64,000 bases of DNA from Malacoraja senta (Eukaryota): positions 434,001 to 498,000 of the forward strand of contig JAXLNO010002694.1 in assembly GCA_038087875.1 (NCBI GenBank), written 5' to 3'. Under the pieces are notes generated by a model. It did no database searches. It was not told the DNA's origin and was given only the letters and a program-made list of their open reading frames with translations. Positions within the stretch are counted from its first letter, which is position 1; every line of letters starts with the position of its first letter. Of this stretch, positions 35,302 through 46,878 are shown one piece after another. The position numbers were made by a program, and so were the translations under genes.

Positions 35302-37680
35302 CAGGGCCGGCCTTAGGAAGTGCGGGGCCCAATTGGGAACAATACTGGTGAGCCCCAGGTTCCCAGCCAAGGTCTGTAGAATCATAGAAATATAAATAAA
35401 GTCATTATAGACTTTATATAACCATATAACCATATAACCATAACAGCACGGAAACAGGCCATCTCGGCCCTTCAAGTCCGTGCCGAACATTTTTTATTTT
35501 TTAATTTATTTTTTTAAATTAAAAATAAAATACTTCCCCCTAGTCCCATCTACCTGCACTCAGACCATAACCCTCCATTCCTTTCCCGTCCATATACCCA
35601 TCCAATCTATTTTTAAAGGATAACATCGAACCTGCCTCCACCACTTCCACTGGAAGCTCATTCCACACAGCTACCACTCTCTGAGTAAAGAAGTTCCCCC
35701 TAATGTTCCCCCTAAACTTCTGTCCCTTAATTCTCAAGTCATGTCCCCTTGTTTGAATCTTCCCTACTCTCAATGGGAAAAGCTTATCCACGTCCACTCT
35801 GTCTAACCCGCTCATAATTTTAAAGACCTCTATCAAGTCCCCTCTTAACCTTCTGCGCTCCAAAGAATAAAGACCTAACTTGTTCAACCTTTCTCTGTAA
35901 CTTAGTTGCTGAAACCCAGGCAACATTCTAGTAAATCTCCTCTGTACTCTCTCTATTTTGTTGACATCCTTCCTATAATTAGGCGACCAAAATTGTACTC
36001 CATACTCCAGAATTGGCCTCACCAATGCCTTGTACAATTTTAACATTACATCCCAACTTCTATATTCAATGCTCTGATTTATAAAGGCCAGCACACCAAA
36101 AGCTTTCTTTACCACCCTATCTACATGAGATTCCACCTTCAGGGAACTATGCACAGTTATTCCTAGATCCCTCTGTTCAACTGCATTCCTCAATTCGCTA
36201 CCATTTACCGTGTACGTCCTATTTTGATTTGTCCTGCCGAGATGTAGCACCTCACATTTGTCAGCATTAAACTCCATCTGCCATCTTTCAGCCCACTCTT
36301 CCAAATGGCCTAAATCTCTCTGTAGACTTTGAAACTCTACTTCATTATCCACAACACCACCTATCTTAGTATCATCTGCATACTTACTAATCCAATTTTC
36401 CACACCTTCATCCAGATCATTGATGTACATGACAAACAACAGTGGACCCAACACAGACCCCTGAGGCACCCCACTAGTCACCGGCCTCCAACCTGACAAA
36501 CAGCCATCCACCATTACTCTCTGGCATCTCCCATTCAGCCACTGTTGAATCCATCTTGCTACTCCACCATTAATACCCAACAATTGAATCTTCTTAACCA
36601 ACCTTCTATGAGGAACCTGGTCAAAGGCCTTACTGAAGTCCATATAGACAACATCCACTGCTTTACCCTCATCAATTTCCCTAGTAACCTCTTCGAAAAA
36701 TTCAAGAAGATTAGTCAAGCATGACCTTCCAGGCACAAATCCATGTTGACTGTTCCTAATCAGACCCTGCTTATCCAGATGCTTATATATATTATCTTTA
36801 AGTATCCTTTCCATTAATTTGCCCACCACTGACGTCAAACTAACAGGTCTATAATTGCTAGGTTTACTCTTCGAACCCTTTTTAAACAACGGAACAACAT
36901 GCGCAGTACGCCAATCCTCCGGCACTATTCCCGTTTCTAATGACATTTGAAATATTTCTGTCATAGCCCCTGCTATTTCTACACTAACTTCCCTCAATGT
37001 CCTAGGGAATATCCTGTCAGGACCTGGAGACTTAACCGTTTTCATATTTTTCAAAAGTGTCCGCACCTCCTCTTCTTTGAATCTCACAATTTCCATTGCT
37101 ACTCTGCTCGTTTCCCTTACCTCACATAATTCCATATCCTTCTCCTTTGTGAATACCGAAGAAAAGAAATTGTTCAATATCTCCCCCATCTCTTTTGGCT
37201 CTGCAGATAGCTGTCCACTCTGACTCTCTAATGGACCGATTTTATTCCTTGTTATCCTTTTGCTATTAATATAGCTGTAGAAACTATGGTAGAATGGAAA
37301 GTAATCAAAATGTGCGCTTAATAAGTGCCTGCGAGTTAATGGACCAAACAGATCTAAGCTGCATGTTAATATAAAATTGCATACATGTAAGCCGACAAGT
37401 AACAAACAAAATGTGTAGATCACCTCTGCAAAGTACATAGTTACAATACCACTTGTTTTAGTGACTGTGAAATGAAAAAAAAAAAAATTAATGAACTATA
37501 TCCTGGAAAACCAATATCTTTCTTCCCCCTCCACCCCTCTACTCTCTCTCCACCCCTCTCACCCCCCTCCATCCGGGGTATCTCTACCCGAGCCGAGAGT
37601 AGATTACATTAGCACGGGGCTCCCTTAGGCACGTGGCCCAATTGGGAGCACTTGGTCCAATCGGCTTAAGGCCGGCCCTG
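35302..37680. mobile_element. Non-autonomous hAT DNA transposon (about 0.5 kb once the nested CR1 is removed)
   Basis: 14-bp TIRs CAGGGCCGGCCTTA (35302-35315) and TAAGGCCGGCCCTG (37667-37680). 8-bp TSD gttgatag (35294-35301) / gttgacag (37681-37688). Confidence 0.85.
35390..37283 (-). mobile_element. Young 5'-truncated CR1 LINE with an uninterrupted RT reading frame
   Basis: FYSYINSKR...PGPD...NYRPVSLTSVVGK...YMDFSKAFD...[10 protein letters not shown]...YADDTK, open to the stop at 35540, with an (atggtt)-type tail. Confidence 0.95.
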
Positions 37681-37850
37681 GTTGACAGGATTTAGATGCC
37701 CCTGAAGTTTCAACATTCAGCCTTCCCCCCTTCTTAAAAATGGTCACTATTAGAGCATCCCTGAGTTCCAAGGGAAGTTCTTCTTTTTCCACCACCACCA
37801 CCGAACGTTTCCTGCTCATGTGCCTGTCCAATTATAGTACAAAATTATTA
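37681..37850 (-). mobile_element. RTE LINE, upstream part of the element split by the hAT insertion
   Basis: EELPLELRDALIVTIFKKGG... joins LSTTGKVLARV across the TSD. Confidence 0.8.
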
Positions 37851-38439
37851 AATTGACAGTTGAATGTATTGAAACATCAGGGCATTATAAGATCATTATG
37901 TCATAAGTGATAGGAGTAGAATTAGGCCATTAAGTCTATTCTTCCATTCAATCATGGCTGATCTAACTCTCCCTCCTAATCCCATTCTGCTACCTTTGCC
38001 CCATAACCCCTGACACCTGTACTAATCAAAAATATATCTATCTGTCTTAAAAATATCCACTGATGGCGTCTTCAGCCTTCTGTGACACAGAATTCCACAG
38101 ATTCATCATCCTCTGACTAAAGAAATTTCTCCTCAACTTCCTGAAATAAATCCTTTAATTCTAAGGCTATGACCTCTAGTCCTAGGCTCTCCCACTAGTG
38201 GAAACATCCCCTCCACATCCACTCTATCCAAGCCTTACACTATTCTGTATATTTTAATGAGGTCACCCCTCATTCTTCTAAACGCCAGCGAGTACAGTTT
38301 CACATTTCACTCCTCTTCTCTCCTTACCTTACCTGATACACTTCTATCTCCTCAAAACCCCCCCCCCCCCCATCTGCATCCACTTACCATTTGCCCATGG
38401 ACAAAAAAAAATCTATGTTTGAATATTTTCTATGTTTTA

Positions 38440-38700
38440 GTCACAGTCTCCCTCCTCCCAAGCTGCTACCCCAGTGGAATAGTGAAATATGAGATGCAGT
38501 TCCTCCAATTTGCATTTAGCCTCACTGACAATGGAGGAGACCTTGGACAGAAAAGTCAGTGTGGAAATGGAAAGGAGAATTAAAGTGTTTAGCAACCGGG
38601 AGATCAGGTAGGTGCAGGCGAACGGAGCAAAGGTGTTCAGCAAAACATTCGCCCAGTCTACGATTGGTCTTGCCGATGTATAAGAGTCCACATGTAGTAC
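38440..38700 (-). mobile_element. Penelope-like GIY-YIG fragment
   Basis: CGLLYIGKTNRRLGECFAEHLCSV..PDLPVAKHFNSP..HTDFSVQGLLHCQ. A further + strand piece lies at about 38945-39150. Confidence 0.8.
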
Positions 38701-40819
38701 AGCACACGAACAGGCTCTTCAGCCCACAATGTCTGTGTCGAACATGAGCGCCAAGACCAATTGTACCTGCCTGTTGCAAGGACCTCTCCTTCTTGAAAAC
38801 TGCAGATGCTGGAATCATGAGCAAAACACACTGGACTGGAGGAACACAGTTGATCAGGCAGCGTTTTTGGATGGAAATAGACACAACATTTCTGGTCAGG
38901 ACCCTGAAGAGAGGCCCTGACCCAAAAAGTCGCCTGTCCATTCACTGCCATTACCAGTATGAAGGCACACATAAACTGGGGGAATGGCACCGCATATTCT
39001 GCTTGGGTAGCTTACAACTCAACAGCATGAACATTGAAGAGAGACATAAACTGCTAAAGTAAGTCACGGGGTCAGGCAGCATCTCTGGGACAAAAGGAAT
39101 ATGTGAGGTTTCAGGTCGGAACCCTTCTTCAGTATGAACATTGAATTCTCCAATTGTAGGTATTACTACTTCCTCTCCCACCCCCACCATTTTTTTTCTG
39201 TGCCCCGCATTTGTATCCCACCCCTTTCCACAAGATCCCCTTCCACCCTTATCCCTCTGGTTTCACATTTCACTCCTCTTCTCTCCTTACCTTACCTGAT
39301 ACACTTCTATCTCCTCAAAACCCCCCTCATCTGCATCCACTTACTCCGTCTGCACCTTTTTTCCACCTTTCTTCCGCCTACCCCAATTTATAATGTTGTC
39401 TATCCATTCATTCACAAATGCTGCCTGACCCACTTTGTTACCCAAGCACTTTGTGCTCTACTCAAGATTCCTGCAACTGCAGTTCATTGTGTCTCTCTGC
39501 ACATATGCTGCCTGTCCCGCTGAGGCCGTCCAACCTTTTGTTTTTGTTTTAAAAGTTGTGCCTTCCATAGCATTGGTTTCGAGGCTCAAGAGTTAGTCAT
39601 AGTCATACAGCACGGAAGCAGGTCCTTTGGCTCAACTTGCCCACGCCGACCAAGATGTCCCATCTATGCTAGTCCCACCTGCCCACGTTTGGTCCATATC
39701 CCTCTATACCCTTTCCTATCCATGCCTGTCCAAATGTATTTTAAATGTTGTTTAGTACCTGCCTCAACTACCTCCTTTGACAACAGTCTCAAAAAACCAC
39801 CACTCTCTGTGTGAACAGGTTGACCTCAGGTCCCTTTTAAATCTTTCCCCTCTCACTTTAAACCCATGTCCTCTGGTTCTTGATTCCCCTTCCCTTGTTG
39901 AAAGACTGTGCATTAACCCGATCTATTCCCTGAGTTCTCCTGGGCATTGGAAAGGAGCCAGTCGAAACAGCAAAGGTTAATCCTATGCTTGGCGAGGAAA
40001 TACTGGATTCAGGGCGTAGGTATAAGATCACGTGGCCTAGTGCCTGAATCAGTAATTCCGGGAAGCCGTCAGCATTTACAGTTCTGAATTGTGAAACTAA
40101 TAACAATTATACAAGAGGGCAGCAACTTGTTATTTTGCGCTTTCTCGGCAACTGCCACGTTTTAACACTGCACTCTGGTATTTCTCCCATTGCATTAACT
40201 GTTGTGCGGCTGGATTGTACTCATGTAGAATATGATTTCCATGGAGAGCAGCAACATTTTTCACCGCGTCTCGCTACACAGCAAGCTAATACCATCACAC
40301 GCCAGTAAAACAACGTCTGAAGAATAAGAGTCAATAGTGTTTTATTGCCATTTGTCCCAGATAGAATAATGAAATTCTTACTTGCAGCAGTACAACAGAA
40401 TATGTAAACATAGTACACTGTAAACAATATAATAACGAGAGAGAAAAGTTCAGTGTGTGTATATATTACACATACAAATACACACACATATATATCATTT
40501 ATGTATATATACTCACACCCACACGCACACATGCGTACACAAAAAAATAATCAACAACAACAAACAAACAATAATAGTGCAAACAATAATAATGTTGCCG
40601 ATTCATCCCCCCCCCCCCACCCCCCACAGGTGCTGCCTGACCCGCTGAGTTACTCCAGCACTTTGTGTTTCAATCAAGATTCCCGATTCTGCAGTTCCTT
40701 TCTCACCCAACGCCAGCAAAAGGTTGTGGTCCAAATACGCTTTTTTTTTTAAAACATTCCCTTGGACGATTTGAGCAATTGCAAATGGAATGAGGTGTAA
40801 CTGAGTTTTTAACATCGTA

Positions 40820-41200
40820 ATTACAATTGGGGGGCGGCACAGTGGTGCGGCTGAAAAAGTTGCTGCCTCACAGTGCCAGAGGCCCGGGTTCGACCCCGAC
40901 CTCGGGTGCTGAATGTCCGGCGTTTGTACCTCCTCCGTCACTTCGTGGTGATCAAAGATCATAGAAGATCATAGAATCAAAGATCATACTCTTGCTCTGG
41001 TATCTTTGGTGGTGATAGTCGTTTTTCCGGCTGCTCAGGTTTCTTCCTACATTCCAAAGACGTGCAGTATTTACTAGGTTAATTGACTTCTGTGTATTGT
41101 CTCTGGTTTGTAGGATAGAATCGTGTATGGGTGATTGCTGGCCGGTGATGAATCGGTGGGCCGGGCCTATTTCCAAGCTGTATCTCTAAACTAAACTAAT
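40820..41200 (+). mobile_element. V-SINE/HE1-like SINE
   Basis: tRNA-like head (ggcggcacagtggtgcgg...ggttcgaccc) and a CR1-like tail ending ctctaaactaaactaa. Other copies at about 45120-45410, 45920-46220, 52080-52290 (-), 53750-54035 and 55195-55455. Confidence 0.75.
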
Positions 41201-41995
41201 TCTGGATTTGAGCGCAAATCCAACCCCCTCGGAATAATTCTTTCATATTCACATGGTTTATAAAATTACAGCAATTGATGTTGGTGTCTTGAGCAAAACA
41301 CAAAATGCTGGATAAACTCAGTGTGGTTGGCAGCATCTGTGGAGAGAATAGACAAGCGACTTTATAGTGTTCACAGTTTTTTATTGTCATATGTCCCGAT
41401 ATGGAACAGTTACATTTTTAGCGGTCTGAGGAAGGGTCCCGACCAGAAACGATGTCCATTTCTATCCACAAATTCCAGCATTCGCAGTTCCTTGTACAAA
41501 TGCTGAGTTCCTCCAGTACATTGCTTTGCTTAAGATTCCAGCACCTGCAGTTCATTGTGCCTTATGACAATCCTCTTTGTCATATTTCGGCCTGCAATTC
41601 CTTCAAGTAACCCTTGCCTCTTCTCTCTCTTCATCCTCCCCCCCCCCTTTCCCAGTTATCCGACGAGTCTGACTGTCCTCTTTTCCTTCGTTTTCCTTCG
41701 CTCCATAGATGCTGCTGCACCCGCTGAGTTTCTCCAGCATTTTTGTGTACCTGTCCTCTTTTACATGTTTATCTCTGTTTGAATCGTTGTTGCCTTCTCC
41801 GAGCTAACAATGATCTATTCTACAGTTTCCGTGTTCACGCCTTACTTTTCCTTATCTCTGTATCTCCCTCTCCCCTGACTCAGTCTGAGGAAGTGTTAAA
41901 GAAGGAACTGCAGATGCTGGAAAATCGAAGGTACACAAAAATGCTGGAGAAACTCAGCGGGTGCAGCAGCATCTATGGAGCGAAGGAAATAGGCA

Positions 41996-42025
41996 ACGTT
42001 TCGGGTCGAAACCCTTCTTCAGACT
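41996..42025 (-). ncRNA. Second near-intact minimal hammerhead core in a Penelope-derived repeat
   Basis: Reverse complement AGU-CUGAAGA-A-GGGU(UUCG)ACCC-GAAA-C-GUU. Confidence 0.5.
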
Positions 42026-42315
42026 GAGGAAGGGTCTCGACCCGAAGCCTCATCCGCTTCTTCTACCCTGGGATGCTGAGTTAATCCAGCATTTTGTGTC
42101 TATCTTCGATTTAAACCAGCACCTACTCGAATACAATGGTGAGGTAGATTTGTCAGTAGATTTGTAGATAGACTGATCAGTAATCAGTCTGCAAGTTGCC
42201 CCGCCCTGTGGTGACGCAGACAACCGGGGAATATCCAAAGTATCAGAGTCCATTCGCTCGAACATTGCCCAAACAGGTCTTGCTTCAAACACGCCCCTCT
42301 GGCTTGCCGGATCGC

Positions 42316-42380
42316 AAACTCTACAGAGCTCTTTCGCCCGGAGACTGGTGACGAGCCGCTGGTGAATTTTTGCGATTGGC
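42316..42380 (+). promoter_or_regulatory. B2M promoter S-X1-X2-Y enhanceosome module
   Basis: AAACT (S-like, 42316-42320), 19 nt, GGAGACTGGTGACG (X1/X2, 42340-42353), 20 nt, GATTGGC (Y/NF-Y, 42374-42380). GC box at 42396-42401 and a second ATTGG at 42416-42420. Confidence 0.8.
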
Positions 42381-42547
42381 TTTGCTGGGGCCGATGGGCG
42401 GGACGCTTCCGTGCTATTGGTGCCGGGCAGCCGGATCGTTGCCCTCATTGAGAAGCGGAGACAGACAGTCGCAGGATATCGTTCTACCTTCGATATTCCA
42501 GCATCTGCAGTTCCTTCTTAAACATATCGGGCTGTGCTCTCCTCAAG

Positions 42548-42593
42548 ATGCGTACTCTCATCCTGCTCTCGTTGGGGCTGCTCTGCGTGGCGA
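42548..42593 (+). CDS. B2M: Beta-2-microglobulin exon 1 (signal peptide MRTLILLSLGLLCVA)
   Basis: caagATG followed by a hydrophobic leader and a phase-1 donor A/GTAAGT. A + AT from exon 2 gives an in-frame AAT (Asn). Confidence 0.88.
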
Positions 42594-42699
42594 GTAAGTA
42601 GACTTTGTTGCTTTGGCGAAGTGCAGAAATCCAGCGGGGTCCATTCGGCCCCTTGCCCCGCCGTGCTCGCCCGCTGTAAGTGAAAGTGCTTCTTTTCCA

Positions 42700-44800
42700 G
42701 GATCCCCTCCCCGCTCATCCCAATGCCCCAGGTCCCATCTCTCTCCCTGAAGCCTATTTACCGCCAGTCTGCTCTCTCGAAACGATCAATTTGTTCGAAA
42801 ACGTCTTGCCCCATCTCTCTCTGAAAGTGCTGCCCACCTAATACCTCGTGCCGGTCAAAAAAAAATCCCCACACTAACCCTTGTGTCCCATGTCCTCCCC
42901 TCAAACCCCTTGAATCCCATATCATCCCCCCTAAAAAAACTCGAGAGCTTTATATCCCACCCCCCCCCCCTCCGAAAACTTTCGAGGTCCATATCCTCCC
43001 CCCTGTAACTGTCAACTAATATACATCAAAAGACACCTCGCTAATACCCCATTCCTTCTCTCAAATGAACCTTCCCTAATGCCCGAAGATAGACACTAAA
43101 TGCTGGAGTAACTCGGCGGGACAGGCAGCATCTCTGGAGAGAAGGAATGGGTGACGTTTCCGGTCGAGACCCTTCTTCATTCGACGCCAGACGTCGCTCT
43201 GGCTTCCCCAGAGCCCCATTCCCACAAAACTAATGCTCCAAACCCTAAACACTCTGAAAGAAAGCCCTTCCCACTAAACCTAGTACCCCTTACCCTCTTT
43301 TGGAGTGCTCTCACTATTACCCCATATCCTCTCTCAAAAAGAGCCCTCCCTTATTAACCCTTGTACCCCATGCGAGTCTTTCAAAACTCGCACAAACAGA
43401 TTCAGAGACAGCTTCTACCCCATAGCCATACGTGAACTTAACAATGCAAAATAAGAAATAACACTCACATTCAACTGAATGGTTCTACCTCAGCTGCTAT
43501 TATTATTTATCTGTAATTTTCTCTTTATATGTATATATTTTTACCTTTTATTATATATTTAAAATTGCTTTTAAATTTCGTTGTACAATAGTGCAATGAC
43601 AATAAAGAGATTACTTACTTACTTACTTATATCCTTTCTCAGAAAAAGCCTTCACTAATACCCCACTCCCTTTCCCAAAAGAGCCCTCCTTGTTAATCCT
43701 AATTCCCTATATCCCCTCTCAAAAAGAGCCATCTCTAATGCCCCATGCTCTCTCCCCATTAACCCAGATACTGCATACCTTTGACTCAAAAGAACCCCCT
43801 CCAAAGTTCTGTATCCTCTATCTCAAAAAGAGCCCTCCCCTTTTACCCGAATACTCCATAGCTTGTCGCACCAAAATAACTATCCTCATTAACCCTAACT
43901 TTTTATGGCCCTTCTATTGGAATGAGACCCCTCCCTGGCCCTTTTAACCCTGATGTCCCGTGTGTGTGTGCTCTCTTTTGCTTGGGAAGAAGTCCCCTAA
44001 ATTGTCCCATGTACTGCGTGAAGTCACGTCCACTCTTAGAATGAGCCCTTCCTCCGGCCTCTTGCTCCCATGTCTCTTCTCCCCTCCCCCATTTTGAAAC
44101 ATTGCTGAAAAACCTTTCCCATTACCCCGAATTCTCTCCTCAAAGAGCTACCCATAAACCCCAACACTGTGTGCCTCCTCCCTCATTCTCTCTTTCTTCA
44201 ATGGACCCCCACTCCTCACGGGATTGGATACCATTCCCGAGGCTGGAGGGATATTTGGAGAAAATGTGAACGGGACTGAATTTGGATGATCGCCTTTGAT
44301 CGTGTTGTGAAAGAACATGTTCAAAGGGCTGAATGGCCTCTTGCTCCTATTTATTGTGTTCATTTAATTACCTCAGTGATCCTCCGCCCCCTCTTTCTCT
44401 GCAAGTACCTCCTCCCCATTACCTTCATATGCTATGTCCTCTCTTGGGAAAGAACCCTTCCCCCAACCCCTTGAACTCTGATGCCTGATGTACACCCATT
44501 TCACTTTCAGAAAGAACCCTCCCACTCTCTAATACCTCTCCGCCCCTTCTCTCTGCAAGAGGCACCCGTTAAAACTCCGAGCTCCTTCTTTTCCAAAGAA
44601 CCACTCTTGTTTTAGTCTCTCTCCTCTCTCTGTAAGTACTCCCCATACCCCCTACGCCCCCTTCCCTTGGAACAAGACCCCAACCCTATTGTCCACAATG
44701 CCCCTGCGCCCTCCCTCTCTTTTTGCAAAGAGAGTTCCTCCATTTCCCTCTCTCTGAAAGAGCAACACCCCATTAGTTCCACGTCTGTTCTTTAAAAGAA
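42700..44800 (+). repeat. C/T-rich degenerate tandem repeat in B2M intron 1
   Basis: Recurrent motif ctctcaaaa(a)gagccctccc (about 43330, 43670, 43715, 43820, 44130) in a strongly G-poor sense strand. Confidence 0.6.
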
Positions 44801-46599
44801 GGAGCCTTCAATTAACACTCCTTGCATACGCTTCTCTCCATGTCGGCCCCCGTGAAGAGTATACATTCGTGAAATGTAGTTGAGTTGGATTTTTAGATCT
44901 GTGCGTTTAGGAACCGACTGGGTAAACTGATTGTTTTAGATCCAAAACACTAAAAGTTTTGGAATCACTCAGCGGGTCAGGCAGCATTTGTGGAGGGAAC
45001 GATTGGGCGCCATTTTGTGTCGAGTTTCTTCAGTCTGAACAGTCCTTGTGTCTCTGCTTTAGATCCACCACAGGAAACTAGAAAGGGTTAATTAACAACC
45101 GTGTCGTTAAGAATCTCAGAGGAGCATACGGTGGCACAGCGGTAGAGTTGTTGCCTCACAGTGAAACCCGGTTTCGAACCCAACTACGGATGCTGTCTGA
45201 CCTGTGTGGGTTTTCTCAGAGATCTTTGGTTTCCTCCCACACTCCAAAGACATACAGGCTTGTAGCTTAATTGGCTTGGTAAATGTAACAAAAAAAATTG
45301 TTCCTGGGGCGTGTAAGATAGACGTTAATGTGCGGGGATCGCTGGTTGGCGCGGATCCAGTGGGCCGAAGGGCCTGTTTCTGCATTATATCTCTAAACTA
45401 AACTAAATCACATGATAGAGCCCTGTTAGATTTTAGTGTCGTTCAAACTGAAACCAGGGTTTTCAATGGAAATAAACTAAGAGGCAAATTTGCTGGGGTT
45501 AATTGGGAAAATCTATTAAACTAAGCATATTAACATGTTTAAAGCAATAAAATATCACATGCAACACATTTAAGACGCAAGGACCTAACAGCAAATGTAA
45601 TCCAAACAAGGACTACAGGAGCAATAGTATTACATTTAAAAGCTGACAAAAAGTTGTCAGAAAAAAAAACGTTAAGCTTGAGGATTGCAAATTCAAGTGA
45701 AGAGAATAAAAATATCAATGAAGAAAGCTGATTGAGGTTTCAAGTGGTAGGGTATTTGTCCATTTGTGGGGCTTTATGAGTTGCTCTATAATCAGATTTT
45801 ATCGTCCCTCACTGGGAAAGGTGCTGGCGAGCTACCATAGTGTTGGCCGTACTTTGGGGTGTTGTACCATGAGAAGTTTGTGCTGGTTGGTCAGGAGTGT
45901 GGAGGTACAAGAGAGTGGAGGGTGGCACAGCGGTAGAGTTGCTGTCGTACAATGCCAGAGACCCGGGTTCGATCCTGACTATGGGTTCTGTTTGCAAAGT
46001 TTTTTTACATTCACCCTGTAACCGTGTGCATTATATCCGGGAGCTCCGGTTCCCTCCCACACTCCAAAGACGCACAGGTTTATAGGTTTATTGGCTTATG
46101 TAAATTGTCCCTAGTGTGCCGGATCGAACTAGTGTCCAGTCGATTGCTGGTGAGCATGGACTCAGTGAACCGAAGGGCCTGTTTCCATGCTGTAACTCTA
46201 CACAAAACTAAACTAAGATGAAGTGTCTCAACCAGAAGCATTGACGGTCCACTTCCCTTCCACTAATCCCCTCTACCTGCACTTGATCCATATCCCTCCA
46301 TTCCCTGCATATCAATGTGCCTATCTGAAAGCCTCTTAAACATTACTACTGTACCTGCCTCCACCACCACCTCTGGCAGAGTGTTGCAGATACCCATCAC
46401 TCTCTGTGTAAAAAAAAAACTTGCCTTGCACATGTTCTTTAAAATGTGCCCGTCTCACCTTTAAAGCTTTGCCCTCTAGTCTTTGACTTTTCCCACACTG
46501 GGGAAGAGCAGTAGTGAGTACGTTTTTGACGGGATTCTCCATCAGTGCAGGAGACAGATTCAAATACGTCCTCATTGTGGTTCTCCTGTGCATCCGCAG

Positions 46600-46878
46600 A
46601 TCCAAGTCCGCCACTGGTCGTCGTGTACACCTTCAAACCCTTGGAGCCAGGTGAGATGAACACTCTCCTCTGCCATGCTAAAGAATTCAACCCACCCAAC
46701 ATCGAGCTGGAACTGTATGAGGGTGACAAACCTTTGCCTGGGGCAAACCAAACTGATCTCAGCTTTGAGGCAAACTGGAAATTCAAATTGACCAAGTTCA
46801 TCGAATTAACTCCCAGGGAAAATGTGGAGTATTCCTGCCGCGTGGTGCACATGGGTAAAACCAGTATTTACAAACTGG
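46600..46878 (+). CDS. B2M: Beta-2-microglobulin exon 2 (C1-set Ig domain)
   Basis: cag/ acceptor at 46599, /GTGAGT donor at 46879, 279 nt, phase 1-1. PPLVVVYT..NTLLCHAKEFNPPNIELEL...DLSFEANWKFKLTK..YSCRVVH carries both cysteines and the DLSF..W motif. Confidence 0.97.

Noticed and set aside
35540-37438. Autonomous or domesticated reverse-transcriptase gene (632-aa ORF)
   Set aside because: The first ~50 aa come from the flanking hAT element. The rest is a 5'-truncated CR1 ORF2 lacking the endonuclease.
45920-45990. tRNA genes suggested by A/B-box sequences
   Set aside because: They are SINE heads followed by V-domain and CR1-like tails; no complete cloverleaf was seen.
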